Below, piece by piece: positions 1 through 9,941 of a stretch of DNA of 24,506 nucleotides (the first letter of the stretch is position 1; the number at the start of each line of letters is the position of its first letter). The notes below the pieces were generated by a model that was not told the DNA's origin, made no database searches, and was given only the letters and a program-made list of their open reading frames with translations. A program made the position numbers and the translations under genes. Location: the IMG/VR virus record IMGVR_UViG_3300036942_000168, positions 1-24,506 of that record; one strand, given 5' to 3'. This DNA is from a virus. Its lineage: Duplodnaviria; Caudoviricetes.

Positions 1-340
1 CATACCCCGCGGTCGTCCCCGCGTACTCGGTCAAGGCCTCGGCCAGCAGCTCGGCGTAGGTCGTGGCCGTGGTCGTGTAGCTGCCCAGCTCCACGTCCTG
101 TTTCCAGACCGTGACCGTGGTCCCGACCTTGCGGATGGTTAGCAGATAGTGGTGCGTCGGGTCACAGAGCGGATACGCGATGTTAACTGCCGTGGGCTTC
201 CAGCCGAGCGCCATGGTCGCGTTTGTGGCCACGGACCCGGTGGACGAGAACCCGGACTCGCACAGGGCGGAGTATGGGACATCCGCCGGATAGACGACCG
301 GCGCGCCGCTCCCGAGCATGCCTATGGGTTGGATGCTCAT
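1..340 (-). CDS. Partial (3'-truncated) putative tail fibre / receptor-binding protein
   Basis: Not in the ORF track. ATG at 340 overlaps the upstream TGA (ATGA coupling). The frame is open to the window edge (MSIQPIGMLGSGAPVVYPADVPYSALCESGFSS...YAGTTAGY). Function is inferred from position only. Confidence 0.6.
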   Translation of the reverse strand, partial: MSIQPIGMLGSGAPVVYPADVPYSALCESGFSSTGSVATNATMALGWKPTAVNIAYPLCDPTHHYLLTIRKVGTTVTVWKQDVELGSYTTTATTYAELLAEALTEYAGTTAGY

Positions 341-1098
341 GCGCTCACCCCGTTGACGATGGACAGGAAATGGTGCGTCCCGTCGCTGACTATCTCGCCC
401 TGCGCCAGGCCGATGCTCGTGTCGTACTCGCCGTCGATGGAGTTGTAGCTGGCCGAGGGCGTCAGCGCATTGGCCCCGCTGACGATGAACCGGATAACCC
501 CGGCGGCTACGGGCACGCCGAGGGACACGGCTCCGGATGACGTGTCGATGGTCTGCAAGGCCCCGGTCGCCGGAGTGGGCCCGGTGGTGACCATGGCCGC
601 CGGGGCAGCCGGGAACCCCTTGATCAGGATCGCCGACACGTCGCGCTTGAGGATATCCGGGTCATGGGCTTCAACAGTATCCCCGATGTCACTGTCCATG
701 AGCACCGTACTCATGTCCGGGATGTCGTCGACAGCATCCTGTGCGGACTGCGCCGAAGCAGCCGCCTTGATGGCGTGATGTTTGGCCGAATAGGCCCCTG
801 TCTCGACGGCCACGTCCTCGGGGTTGTCGGCCCACTGCTCGGCCTTGTCTCGGGCAGTCTCGGCCGCAGCCTGGGCGGTTTGGGCGTCATCCACGGCAGC
901 ACTGACGTCCCCGACCGCATCCAGCGCCTCGTCGATCTCGACATGCGACCGCCCGTCCTCGTTGTTGGCGTGGGCGTTCAGAGCAGTGAACAGGTCGTTG
1001 ATGGCCACGTTGTTCTGCTCGGCCACGCCCTCGCGGACGCTGGAACCGCCCACGGAATCGTCGGGGATGGTCTGGGGGTTACGTGCGTATGCGGTCAT
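337..1098 (-). CDS. Tail fibre / fibre-adaptor protein
   Basis: 253 aa. Ala-rich helical segment AEQWADNPEDVAVETGAYSAKHHAIKAAASA is typical of phage fibre N-terminal regions, followed by a beta-rich C-terminus. Lies downstream of the ejection genes. Confidence 0.65.
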   Translation of the reverse strand: MTAYARNPQTIPDDSVGGSSVREGVAEQNNVAINDLFTALNAHANNEDGRSHVEIDEALDAVGDVSAAVDDAQTAQAAAETARDKAEQWADNPEDVAVETGAYSAKHHAIKAAASAQSAQDAVDDIPDMSTVLMDSDIGDTVEAHDPDILKRDVSAILIKGFPAAPAAMVTTGPTPATGALQTIDTSSGAVSLGVPVAAGVIRFIVSGANALTPSASYNSIDGEYDTSIGLAQGEIVSDGTHHFLSIVNGVSA

Positions 1099-3059
1099 TA
1101 TTTCACCTCTACTTTTTTGACTTTGCCGTCTTGGTCCGTGATCTTGGTCACATCATTCCCTGTCTGAGTAAGGTACCAGACTAAATCGTTGGTCCTTTCC
1201 TTGTCCTTGGATGTTGACGCACGCTGAATAGCAATCGCGGCCAATCGGCCAAGGGCCTCTTTACCAGTGGTCGATCCGGATGCAACCTTCGTAGTGCTCC
1301 CGGCCAGCCACTTGACGAATTCAGGGTCCGTCATGAGTCTGGCTACCCGCCTGTTCACGGCAATTTTTGCGGCGACTGCGGACCCACCCCCGGCAGCGCC
1401 AAGAATAGTCGATGAGAGGCTCATTCCGCCAACTCCTCCACCCAGCGCGCCCTTCCCGGCCCAGTCCAATATAGGCTTCCACAGATCGTCCCAGGCCGCG
1501 TTAACCGCAGTCTGGGAACTGTTGGCGTACTTCGACAAGCTCTTGAAAAACTCTGCGCTGTTGATGAGCTTGTCCAAATCCTTCCGGGCAGGACCGAAGA
1601 GAATGTCTGACATCCCTGGGGCCTCCTGCTGCATCCTTGCATACCGGGTCAGGAACGTGGAGAAACTGAATCCCGATCCATCGGCGTTGGCCGCGCCAGG
1701 TGTGGGCATGGCCATTTCCCGGTATGCGCGCGCACGGAGAGCGGCCTGCGTTTCGGACGAAAGCATGTTCATGACCTTCATCATCCGTTCCGCAGCGGGC
1801 TTGCCGCCGCCGACTATCTGCCGATAGATTTTCTCCGGCTCGGGGTTCTTGATGATCTCGGCAGCCTCATCAAGCAGGCCGATCTCACCGAGTTTTTTGT
1901 CCCCCATGCCCCGTTTATACCAATCCTTTGCGGCGGCCCGCGCCTGCTTCGCGGCTTCCCCTCCGGCCTCCTCGGCGGCCGTACCGAGATCGCGGTCTGC
2001 TGCCCGCTCGAAAGTCATGCGCAAACGGTCGATATCATCCGCCTCATGGGCCAGTTTCTTGTACGACCCCCTGGCCGCCTTCTTGATCGAGTCAAGGGCC
2101 GATTTGCTGATATTGCCGTTCTCGTCCACGGATTTGAGGATCAACTTTGCCTCGCGTACCGCAGGGGCCATGGCGTTTTCTGCATAAGGGCTCTGCTTTG
2201 CGACAAAAAGGACCTTCTGTGCTTCGGAGACAATGTTTTTTGCTGGTATAGCCCCGCCTTCCGGGACGAAATCGCCGACCTTGTTCCACAGGTCGTCGCT
2301 GACATCTTTCCATTGCGTTCTGGCCGCGATGGCATCACGCTTCATCAAATGACCGATGTCGTATGGAGTCATGTCCGGCCCGAGAGATTCGGCGATACGG
2401 TTGCTCATCATCTCGCCTTGGGCCAGGTTGTGGGCATCAACCTCGCCGAATATTGACCCTGTACCGGGCTTCCCTCGCATCGACTGCGAGTAGGCGGCAG
2501 CCTCGGGATTCCCGAGCATGCCGGCTTCCGGCCTAAATCCGTACTGTTCCAGCTTGGCGATGTCGTGCGGAGACACGGTGGCACCACCAAGGCGGCGTTT
2601 TACCATGCCTTTGATCGGGGCAAAGGCTGGCTTGGCCATATCCAGGGCCTTGCCCACAATGGCGCCGCCGCCGAGGTCAACCGCCGCATCCGTGGCTGAC
2701 CTTGCAGCCGATTCCCCGACAGAGGGCATCGTCTGCGGATACATCAGCCCGCGAATGTAGTCGTAAGTTTGCCCGCCAATGGCGTTGCCGAGCGCGGCCC
2801 CGGCGGGCACGGTGACGACCTCCTCCGGGGCAAACGCCTGAGGGCCAAGCTGACCGCCGACTAGGGCTGCCCCGCCACCGAGCACCGAGCCAAGCGTCTG
2901 GAAAGTGCCACGCAGCCAATCGCCGTCGGCGTCTGTACTCCTAGGGGACTGCGGCACTGTTTCCTGCCCCTTCCCGTACCGCTTGATGTAGGCCCCGATC
3001 TCCGCTTCCGGGACACCGGCCTGCACCATGCGCTTTACGTTCTCCTTGAGGTCAGCCAT
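1098..3059 (-). CDS. Large internal virion / DNA ejection protein
   Basis: 653 aa, Ala/Gly-rich and helical with hydrophobic Gly-rich stretches. Last of the ejection-type genes. TAATG coupling on both sides. Confidence 0.65.
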   Translation of the reverse strand: MADLKENVKRMVQAGVPEAEIGAYIKRYGKGQETVPQSPRSTDADGDWLRGTFQTLGSVLGGGAALVGGQLGPQAFAPEEVVTVPAGAALGNAIGGQTYDYIRGLMYPQTMPSVGESAARSATDAAVDLGGGAIVGKALDMAKPAFAPIKGMVKRRLGGATVSPHDIAKLEQYGFRPEAGMLGNPEAAAYSQSMRGKPGTGSIFGEVDAHNLAQGEMMSNRIAESLGPDMTPYDIGHLMKRDAIAARTQWKDVSDDLWNKVGDFVPEGGAIPAKNIVSEAQKVLFVAKQSPYAENAMAPAVREAKLILKSVDENGNISKSALDSIKKAARGSYKKLAHEADDIDRLRMTFERAADRDLGTAAEEAGGEAAKQARAAAKDWYKRGMGDKKLGEIGLLDEAAEIIKNPEPEKIYRQIVGGGKPAAERMMKVMNMLSSETQAALRARAYREMAMPTPGAANADGSGFSFSTFLTRYARMQQEAPGMSDILFGPARKDLDKLINSAEFFKSLSKYANSSQTAVNAAWDDLWKPILDWAGKGALGGGVGGMSLSSTILGAAGGGSAVAAKIAVNRRVARLMTDPEFVKWLAGSTTKVASGSTTGKEALGRLAAIAIQRASTSKDKERTNDLVWYLTQTGNDVTKITDQDGKVKKVEVK

Positions 3060-4108
3060 TACTTGCTCCCATATTTGGTGATGAGCCTGTCTGCCTCAGA
3101 GTCGGCATTGGGCTGCCCGTCTCGGCCTCCGGAGAAATCGTAGGTGATCCGCTCCGGGGACATCCCGTATTGCGCAGCAAGGCCGGAGTAGAATTCTCTC
3201 TTCCTGGAAAACGACTCCGCCTGGTCTTGATAGATCCTCTGAGCCGTGCCCACGAAATCAGCCCGTTGGTCCGGGGTCAATCTTTCACCATTCAAGACCC
3301 TGTTGTACTGAGCCCGCACACGTTCGGGGACACCCGCCGCGTTTTGGGCGGTTGCGAATTCACTTTCTCGCACGACGCTGCCTGGGTCGAACATCTTCAT
3401 GATGGAGAATACAAGCCCAATATCTCCGGCAGCGGACGGCTCCCGAGCTATGGATCTGATCGTGTCGAAGCTGTTTTTTATCGCCTTGAAATAGTCAGCT
3501 TCGCTGGAAAACTCCTTTCTCAGATCGCGCTCTGCCTTGATGTCGATACCGAGGCCATCTCCTCCGCCCATAAACCTGGGGGGAGCGCTCGGATCGGCCG
3601 GGTTGATCGCATAGATACCGGGCCGTCCGTCAACGGTCATTTTCTTGAATTCGAAGTTCGGCCGCTTTTCCTGACCCGGATACATCGAATCAATCTGTTT
3701 TTTAGCCCCATACAGGTACATCGCATCCCGCAATTTCTGCTTCGGCGTCTGGTAATCAGCCGCCCACCTGTGCGCCTCCGGGCTCGCCGCCGTCAGGTCC
3801 GGGCCGCCGCCGAAGCCCCGCGCCCAGTTGTCGCCGGACGCTGCCATCATGCCGCCCATTGCCTGCGGGTGCTGGTACAGATAGCTGTCCGCTGCCCGCT
3901 GCTTGTCGAGTTGCGCGAGCTTTGATTGCTGCATTGCCTGGTTCTGCCTGGCGATGTCCATCTGCATCCGCGTGAACTGTTCCGCCAGGGCGTCCTTGGC
4001 GGCCTGGCGCTTGTCCAGTTCGGCCTGCCGTTCGCGGTCTAGATATCGGTCCCGCCCCTGGACGACGCCGTTGAGAAACCCGGCGATCCCACTGTTCATC
4101 ATGCCCAT
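3059..4108 (-). CDS. Internal virion / DNA ejection protein
   Basis: 349 aa. Gly-rich N-terminus, coiled coil and the segment GDIGLVFSIMKMFDPGSVVRESEFATAQ, which I recall from podovirus injection proteins. SD GGAGG upstream. Confidence 0.65.
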   Translation of the reverse strand: MGMMNSGIAGFLNGVVQGRDRYLDRERQAELDKRQAAKDALAEQFTRMQMDIARQNQAMQQSKLAQLDKQRAADSYLYQHPQAMGGMMAASGDNWARGFGGGPDLTAASPEAHRWAADYQTPKQKLRDAMYLYGAKKQIDSMYPGQEKRPNFEFKKMTVDGRPGIYAINPADPSAPPRFMGGGDGLGIDIKAERDLRKEFSSEADYFKAIKNSFDTIRSIAREPSAAGDIGLVFSIMKMFDPGSVVRESEFATAQNAAGVPERVRAQYNRVLNGERLTPDQRADFVGTAQRIYQDQAESFSRKREFYSGLAAQYGMSPERITYDFSGGRDGQPNADSEADRLITKYGSK

Positions 4109-4118
4109 ATCGCGCCTC

Positions 4119-4955
4119 CTAGAAGATGGAGTCCCACAGGTTGTCCATCAGGCCGCTTGTCGCCGAGCTGGCCAGATTGCCGACAGATCCCCAGATGGCC
4201 GCGTTGGTGTTCGCGTCCGCCTGGTCCTGGGCGGCCTGCAACTGCTGCGAGGCCACGGCCCCGGAGTTGCCCTGCCCGGCCAGCTGCATGGCCCGCTGGA
4301 AGTTCTGCTCGTCAATGGTGTTCTGCCAGTTCAACTCGTTGAGTGCTTGGTTGTAGTCCTGCTCGAGCAGGGAGTTGCCCCACTGCGCCTGTTGGTTCTG
4401 CTGGTCCAGGTTGTATTGCAGGGCGTTCTGGTTGTAGGCGTTCTGGTCCTGGGCGTTCGCCAGTCCGGCCGCCCAGGACGCCTTGTTCTGGTCAATCTGC
4501 TGGCTCTGGTCCTGGAGCTGGAGTCCGTACCCGGTGGCCACGGCGTTGGACAGGGCGTTCTGGGTGGCCTGGTTCTGCGCACCCTGCGCCTGGCTCATCA
4601 TGCCGCCGCCGGTGGACCCGTACAGCCCGCGCGCCGAATACTGGTCGTTGATCCCGGCCATGGCCTGGTTGTGCTGGGACAGGATCGGCTGTTGCAGGCT
4701 CTGCGTCAACTTGGCGTAGTCGCCGCCCTGGAGGCCGGACACGGTGTTCATCTGCCCCGGTGCCGTGTACTGGTAGTAATCCGCCGTGGCCGGGCCCTGC
4801 ATCTGGTCCGTGTAGCTCTGCGGGTATGCCTGTTCCCGCTGGAGCCCGGACTGCATGATGTTGTACCCGGTGCCCAGCCCCTTCTTCTGAGCCTGGGTTG
4901 AGTCCATGGACCCCACTTCTGCGTCGGTCGCGTATGGATTGGTGGTCAGTGCCAT
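4119..4955 (-). CDS. DNA transfer / pilot protein (P22 gp7-like position and composition)
   Basis: 278 aa, Q/A/G/N-rich, with SARGLYGSTGGG motif and a Gly/Ala-rich C-terminus. SD AGGAGG upstream. Confidence 0.65.
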   Translation of the reverse strand: MALTTNPYATDAEVGSMDSTQAQKKGLGTGYNIMQSGLQREQAYPQSYTDQMQGPATADYYQYTAPGQMNTVSGLQGGDYAKLTQSLQQPILSQHNQAMAGINDQYSARGLYGSTGGGMMSQAQGAQNQATQNALSNAVATGYGLQLQDQSQQIDQNKASWAAGLANAQDQNAYNQNALQYNLDQQNQQAQWGNSLLEQDYNQALNELNWQNTIDEQNFQRAMQLAGQGNSGAVASQQLQAAQDQADANTNAAIWGSVGNLASSATSGLMDNLWDSIF

Positions 4956-5050
4956 TGGCCATTCCCTCCTGAGATTCTAGAAATCGCCTGCCGATCTCTA
5001 GTTGAAATTTTTACGCGCTTCGTGTTACCAACCGGGTAAAGGGGGCAACC

Positions 5051-5338
5051 ATGAAACGCATTCTCTTCTGCATACTCGCCGCATCGCTGCTCTTCGCTTG
5101 CGCGCCCAGACAGCCCAAGACCATGGAACAACAGGCCGAGGAGGCCCGGGCCGAGGCATTCGCCAATGCGGATTCGCCAACAGCATTGGGCCCGAACACA
5201 CCGATGGTCAGAAATGACCCTTCTTTCCTCGACGAGCACGGAGAAGACATCTTGTGGTTGCTCATAGATGGGGCTCTCCTCTCTACCGGGAACCGAGACA
5301 CAACGGGCATGAGCCTCGACGATTTCAAAGACAAATAA
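5051..5338 (+). CDS. Small lipoprotein moron, antisense to the late operon
   Basis: 95 aa. MKR, a hydrophobic core and lipobox LFA|C (Cys17). SD-like AAGGGGG. Fills the gap between two virion genes, and its stop abuts the stop of the convergent gene. Confidence 0.8.
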   Translation: MKRILFCILAASLLFACAPRQPKTMEQQAEEARAEAFANADSPTALGPNTPMVRNDPSFLDEHGEDILWLLIDGALLSTGNRDTTGMSLDDFKDK

Positions 5339-6388
5339 TTAGACATACCATGGCACTCCAAAGAGGTATTGCCATTGTCCGGCCAAGTCTGGGTTGTACC
5401 CTTCTCCCTTTGCCAATGAAGCGGTGACAGCCTCCGGTCCGCTCATCATCCCACCCGTGCCCTCACTGCCGTAATTCTCATTCGCCCGTGCTGGCCCATA
5501 TGGGTTTGTCTGGCCGATGTAATTCAGGTCACGCGCCTGGTTTATGAGGCCTGCCGCATTTGCCAACGCCCCGGCCACGGGGACACCGGCCACGCCCAAG
5601 GCTTTGGTCGCATAGTTGGCCGCGCGGGGAACGCTCGGTGTCATTTTGCTCGACACGTAGTCCGTAGCCTTCTTCGCCGCCATGGCCGCCGGGACGTTCT
5701 CCGTCACCCCATACACCTGCTCGGCCACGGCCGGGGACAGCACGCCCAACCCGAGCCCGAGCGGGCCGTAGCCCCATTCCGGGGTCTGCTCTTCGACCTC
5801 GCGCATGGTGTCCACATCGTCCGCTTTCTTGGCCCCGAAGAAATCCCCGATCATGCCCATCATCCCCGGACTGCGGTGGGTCTCCCGGACCGCGCTCATG
5901 TCGTAGCCGCGCTTTTCCAGCTCCCCGACCAGGCCCTTGTTCAGGGCGTCCAGATCCTGCTTCTTGGCGTCCCAGCCCATACCGGGTTTGCCGAAAATGT
6001 CGTCGTAAGCGGCGTCGAACGCCTTCTGGCGGTCTTCGGCGTCCGTCTTGATGTTCTTCTGCAAATTCGAATAGTAGCCGGCGTGGAACGGGCTCTGCTT
6101 GGAGTCGATGCCATACGCCTGGAGCCCGAGCCCGCCGTTTGCCCGGTCCGCCGCCCGGTTCATGTTGTAGCCCGCCGCCGTGGTCATCATCCCGCCCATG
6201 AACGAGGGCGCGCCGATCTGCTCCACCCGGCCGGTCGCCGGGTTGTAGGCGTACATGCTGTTGCGCTCGGAGTTGTTCCCGTGGGTGTCGGCCCCGCCCA
6301 CGTTGCCAGGGCCGCCCGTGCCGGATGATCCGAACCCGTTGCCCCCGGCTCCCCTGTCGCTCTGATACCCGCCGCCGAAATCAGGCAT
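5339..6388 (-). CDS. Putative internal virion protein, Gly-rich N-terminus
   Basis: Start revised to ATG 6388 (GGAGGT SD 7 nt upstream), giving 349 aa. Lies between the tail hub and ejection genes. Confidence 0.6.
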   Translation of the reverse strand: MPDFGGGYQSDRGAGGNGFGSSGTGGPGNVGGADTHGNNSERNSMYAYNPATGRVEQIGAPSFMGGMMTTAAGYNMNRAADRANGGLGLQAYGIDSKQSPFHAGYYSNLQKNIKTDAEDRQKAFDAAYDDIFGKPGMGWDAKKQDLDALNKGLVGELEKRGYDMSAVRETHRSPGMMGMIGDFFGAKKADDVDTMREVEEQTPEWGYGPLGLGLGVLSPAVAEQVYGVTENVPAAMAAKKATDYVSSKMTPSVPRAANYATKALGVAGVPVAGALANAAGLINQARDLNYIGQTNPYGPARANENYGSEGTGGMMSGPEAVTASLAKGEGYNPDLAGQWQYLFGVPWYV

Positions 6389-6392
6389 TGCG

Positions 6393-7913
6393 CTACCTCC
6401 CCACCACAACGAGTTTCGCGGCCAGTTCGGATATGCTCATCCTGCCGCCGTTCATGGTCCTGACCTGGAGCATGATCCCGCTGTTGCGGAACTGCGCCCG
6501 ACATTCCCTGTTCTCCACCCGCCCGCCGGCCAGGGGAAAATCCGCGTCCGCCAGGTCGTACAGGGCGTCATGCAGGGAGTCGGCCCCGGAGCCGCGCACG
6601 AAGTCCACGGTCTGCAATAGCCGCTTGGTCAGTTCGTCGCTGCCGTAGACCTCGATGTTGTAGGTCCCGGACCATTCGAAATTCGTCTGGAGAATGACCT
6701 TGGTCAGGAGCAGGTCGCCGGGCCCGGTGATCATCTTGAACCTCGCCACGGACACCACGTCCGTCTCCGTTCCCGGAGCGACCTCGTCCACAGCCTTGTT
6801 CTGGAGCGTGTAGAGGTACCCGGACTCCCCGGCCAGATAGACGGCCCCGCCGAACTCGGCCACGGCGTAGATGTCCGTGCCGAAGCCGATCTCCGTGAAT
6901 CCGCCCAGCGGGGAGAAGGTGTATACCTGGCTCCACGCCCCGGACCTGGTCAGGAGCACCCACACGGCCGCCATGCTTGGCAGTTTGACCATGCGCGGTT
7001 CGTCGGCCAGGTTGGCGAACCTGCCCAGCACCGCGTTGACCTTGGTCCCGATGGTCGGGTCGGTGGCGATGTCGCCATAGGCCTGCGTGGGGGCCAGGGC
7101 CTCGAACCCCTCGGAGTCGATGTAGTAGACGTTGTTCCCGAATCCGGTGATGCAGTGCGGTCCTATGGCCGCGTTGGACAAGCTCAGATCGTCGGCCGCC
7201 CAGGATGACAACGGAGCGGCCATGTTCAACCGCCACAGCTTCTTGCCGACCACCGCGCCGTTGTTGCGGGCGACCTTGGACACTATCAGCGACCCGGAAA
7301 TCATGGCAAAGCCGTTCACGGCCATGCCGTCGCCGAACCCGGCCCGTACCGACACGGCCCCGCCGGACGTGGTGTCCCAATCCGTTTCGTCCTCCGGCCC
7401 GCTCATGTATACGGCGTCCAGGTCGTCCACCATGTTGCAGACAAGCCGCGCGCGCGCCGCGAAGACGATAGTTGCCTTGGGGCTCCCGGCGATCCGCTCA
7501 AGCGTCGTGCCGTCCCAGGACAGCAGTCCATCGGCGTGCCCGTCAGCCACGACCAGCTTGCCGTTGAACGTGGTCATGGTCGGGGTGTCCGTGTTGTTCA
7601 GCGCGTCCACCAGGACCCATGCCCCGGCCGAAAAATCGTAGTGGTAGAGATTCCCGGCAGCCACGGCCATCAGGTATCCCTCGGAATCTTTGCGCACAAA
7701 CGGGTACATGAAGGTGATCGGGTCGCCGAGCGCGGTCGTGGAGGCCACGGCCAGCCCCTGGCGCGTGACCAGTTTCCCGGTGGAGGCGTCGTAGACCACG
7801 TTGTACGCCTGCGAAAGCTCGTTGTCCGCGATCTGCGACGGGTGCAACGCGGCATTCCACCCCCCGGTGGGCTGCATGATGATCGGGACTTCGCTGCGGT
7901 TTCCGATGAACAT
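6393..7913 (-). CDS. Tail hub / nozzle protein (P22 gp10 / T7 gp12-like beta-propeller)
   Basis: Start revised to ATG 7913 (TGATG overlap with the adaptor stop), giving 506 aa. N-terminal GGWN...I.DNE...A.NV pattern, beta-rich repeats and a S.PEDETDW motif. Confidence 0.75.
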   Translation of the reverse strand: MFIGNRSEVPIIMQPTGGWNAALHPSQIADNELSQAYNVVYDASTGKLVTRQGLAVASTTALGDPITFMYPFVRKDSEGYLMAVAAGNLYHYDFSAGAWVLVDALNNTDTPTMTTFNGKLVVADGHADGLLSWDGTTLERIAGSPKATIVFAARARLVCNMVDDLDAVYMSGPEDETDWDTTSGGAVSVRAGFGDGMAVNGFAMISGSLIVSKVARNNGAVVGKKLWRLNMAAPLSSWAADDLSLSNAAIGPHCITGFGNNVYYIDSEGFEALAPTQAYGDIATDPTIGTKVNAVLGRFANLADEPRMVKLPSMAAVWVLLTRSGAWSQVYTFSPLGGFTEIGFGTDIYAVAEFGGAVYLAGESGYLYTLQNKAVDEVAPGTETDVVSVARFKMITGPGDLLLTKVILQTNFEWSGTYNIEVYGSDELTKRLLQTVDFVRGSGADSLHDALYDLADADFPLAGGRVENRECRAQFRNSGIMLQVRTMNGGRMSISELAAKLVVVGR

Positions 7914-8542
7914 CAATACACCCTCCCCCCGTTCCACCCCCGCGCCTTGAACACGGTCTGGCCAAGGTCGGCGTACATGGCCACGATCATCTTCTCCATG
8001 TCGTCCAGGAGCGCGATGTCCACGGATGTGTCGTAGCGGTCGATCTTGCGCGCCCGGAGCGCCACGTACTCGCACAGGGCGTAATCCAGCTTGCCACCCC
8101 ACGGCATGGGGCTGGACAACGTCAGGGCGTCCGGCGCGGCGTTCACGTAGTAGCGCAGCCGCAGGGGAACGTCGTTGCTCGGGGCCGCCAGCACCTCAAT
8201 GGCCCCGGACTCGACGCTGTAAACCGCCGCCTCGGTGGCCGAGACGATGGCGTCCAGCCGCTCCCCGTCCGTCTGGTCCAGATGCTCGTGGGTATCCATG
8301 CGCGTCAGGCTGATGGGCGTCAGGAAGTCGGTCGGCAGCGTCAGCGAACTGGCCCCCGCTTCCAGGGTGTAGTCCTGCTTGCCGCGCATGAAGGGCAGCC
8401 GCTTCTGCTGCCCGAGCGCGTTTGCCCGGCGCACGGCCTGTTTCATGAACACCAACAGTTCAGCGTCGTTCCACCGGCTCTGTGTGCCGTCGTTCAATTC
8501 GGTTCTGACGAGCTCGGTGATGCGGTTCAACACGTTGGCCAT
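7913..8542 (-). CDS. Head-tail adaptor protein
   Basis: 209 aa. VRTELND...RWNDAELL.F and LPTDFL patterns typical of podovirus adaptors. Position between capsid and hub. Confidence 0.75.
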   Translation of the reverse strand: MANVLNRITELVRTELNDGTQSRWNDAELLVFMKQAVRRANALGQQKRLPFMRGKQDYTLEAGASSLTLPTDFLTPISLTRMDTHEHLDQTDGERLDAIVSATEAAVYSVESGAIEVLAAPSNDVPLRLRYYVNAAPDALTLSSPMPWGGKLDYALCEYVALRARKIDRYDTSVDIALLDDMEKMIVAMYADLGQTVFKARGWNGGRVY

Positions 8543-8552
8543 GGGCCTGCTC

Positions 8553-8909
8553 CTACTTCATGATGATCAGCGGGCCGGTCCCGGCCGCGTTGGCGTTCGC
8601 GTGGCTGATCTTGGTCACGGTCAAGAACTCGGGGTGATCGGCCAGCCACTTCTTGAGGTCCTTGCCGGAAAGGGTATCCCCGGCCTTCTGCGCCTCGGCC
8701 TGCATGTCCAGGAACTCGATCAGCGGGATTTCTCCGATGACGCGATGATTGCGATTGTCGGAAAATCCGTTGTCGCCGAACTCCTTTTCGTACTGCGCGG
8801 CGCTGCGGACCACGGCCGCGTCGTAGGTGGTCACGCGGGTCATCTTCATCTTGTCGCTGTTCCCGATGACCCGGTTCTCCACGCTGATCAGGTTGTCGAA
8901 ATCTGCCAT
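8553..8909 (-). CDS. Hypothetical phage protein following the capsid gene
   Basis: Start revised to ATG 8909 (AGGAG SD), giving 118 aa. Fills the operon gap with GC-rich third codon positions. Confidence 0.7.
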   Translation of the reverse strand: MADFDNLISVENRVIGNSDKMKMTRVTTYDAAVVRSAAQYEKEFGDNGFSDNRNHRVIGEIPLIEFLDMQAEAQKAGDTLSGKDLKKWLADHPEFLTVTKISHANANAAGTGPLIIMK

Positions 8910-8924
8910 TGTGCTCACTCCTGG

Positions 8925-8952
8925 CCGGGGAGAGGTTTCATCCTCTCCCCGG
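8925..8952 (-). other. Strong hairpin just after the major capsid gene (mRNA stabiliser or weak terminator)
   Basis: Perfect 11-bp stem CCGGGGAGAGG/CCTCTCCCCGG with a 6-nt loop. No U tract. Confidence 0.6.
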
Positions 8953-8960
8953 TTGGTTGC

Positions 8961-9929
8961 CTACGCTGCCTCGGGCTGGACGCGGGTCAGATTGGTGATG
9001 GTGCCGACGCACTTCTTGGAGCGCACCTTGAGCATCTTGGACATGGTCAGCCGGTACTTTTCGGCGTCACCGGTCTTGGCCAGCTTCTCGCGCTTGAGCG
9101 GGCGGAAGGTGGCGCAGGCCAGGCGGCCCTTCTCGTAGACCACGAGCTTGTCGTAGTAGACGTCCGGGTCCGGCGTGGCGTCCACGCTCGGGGCGATGAA
9201 CCGTTCCGGCAGAACGGTCACGATGCCGAAGTCGGTTTCCAGGATGCGCACGGTCATCTTCAGGGACTTTTCCGACGCGCTGGAATTGATGGTCAGGCGT
9301 CCGCCCTGGGTGAAGGCGGAAATCTTCCGCTTCTGGGCAGGCGGGGCCAGGACGCAATCCGGATCGGCCCCCTGCTCCCACATCGCCTGAAGGACGTCGT
9401 TCAGAATGTCCTCGGTGATGTGGTTGGTGTCGGCCGGGGTGGCGTCGAAGTCGTAGGTGTTCCCGGTCCCGGCGAAGTTGAGCACGCCGTCCATCTTGGC
9501 GGCCAGGGTGGTGGTCCCGGCCTGCTTGGTCTGGTTGATCAGGTTCCACTCCAGGTCGCGGGCCATCTCCTTGGTCTTGAGGCCGGACTGGTACTTGATC
9601 TCGGACTTGCGGCCGTGCTTGTCGGTCTTCTCCAGGTCCTCGGAGATCAAGAACGCCTTTTCCAGACGCTGGACGCGGTTGTCCAGCAGGGCGGGCGGGG
9701 TGATCGCTGCGGCCGTGGAGTCAGCGCCTTCGACGTGGGCGTTTTCACCGGCGTCGCCGAGGGTGTCTTCCAGCCACTCGGGATGTAGGGTCTTGACCTT
9801 CGCGCCCTGACCGATGGAGGTCAGGAACGGAGTGTCGGTCGGGGCCACGTTGGTGATCAGAGAGTCCACCTCTTCGGGGATGGACTTGTCATAGTTGGTG
9901 GTTACGGTCTTGGTGACGACATCAGCCAT
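8961..9929 (-). CDS. Major capsid protein (HK97 fold, SU10/DUF5309-like)
   Basis: 322 aa. I.NVAPTDTPF, HPEWLEDTL, EGAD, GRKSEIKYQ...KEMARDLE and LAKTGDAEK motifs. Strong SD TAAGGAG. Confidence 0.9.
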   Translation of the reverse strand: MADVVTKTVTTNYDKSIPEEVDSLITNVAPTDTPFLTSIGQGAKVKTLHPEWLEDTLGDAGENAHVEGADSTAAAITPPALLDNRVQRLEKAFLISEDLEKTDKHGRKSEIKYQSGLKTKEMARDLEWNLINQTKQAGTTTLAAKMDGVLNFAGTGNTYDFDATPADTNHITEDILNDVLQAMWEQGADPDCVLAPPAQKRKISAFTQGGRLTINSSASEKSLKMTVRILETDFGIVTVLPERFIAPSVDATPDPDVYYDKLVVYEKGRLACATFRPLKREKLAKTGDAEKYRLTMSKMLKVRSKKCVGTITNLTRVQPEAA

Positions 9930-9941
9930 GGTGTTTTCTCC

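Noticed and set aside
1-1098. Diversity-generating retroelement or invertible tail-fibre cassette
   Set aside because: No reverse transcriptase, invertase or template/variable repeat pair is visible. The region beyond the left edge cannot be assessed.
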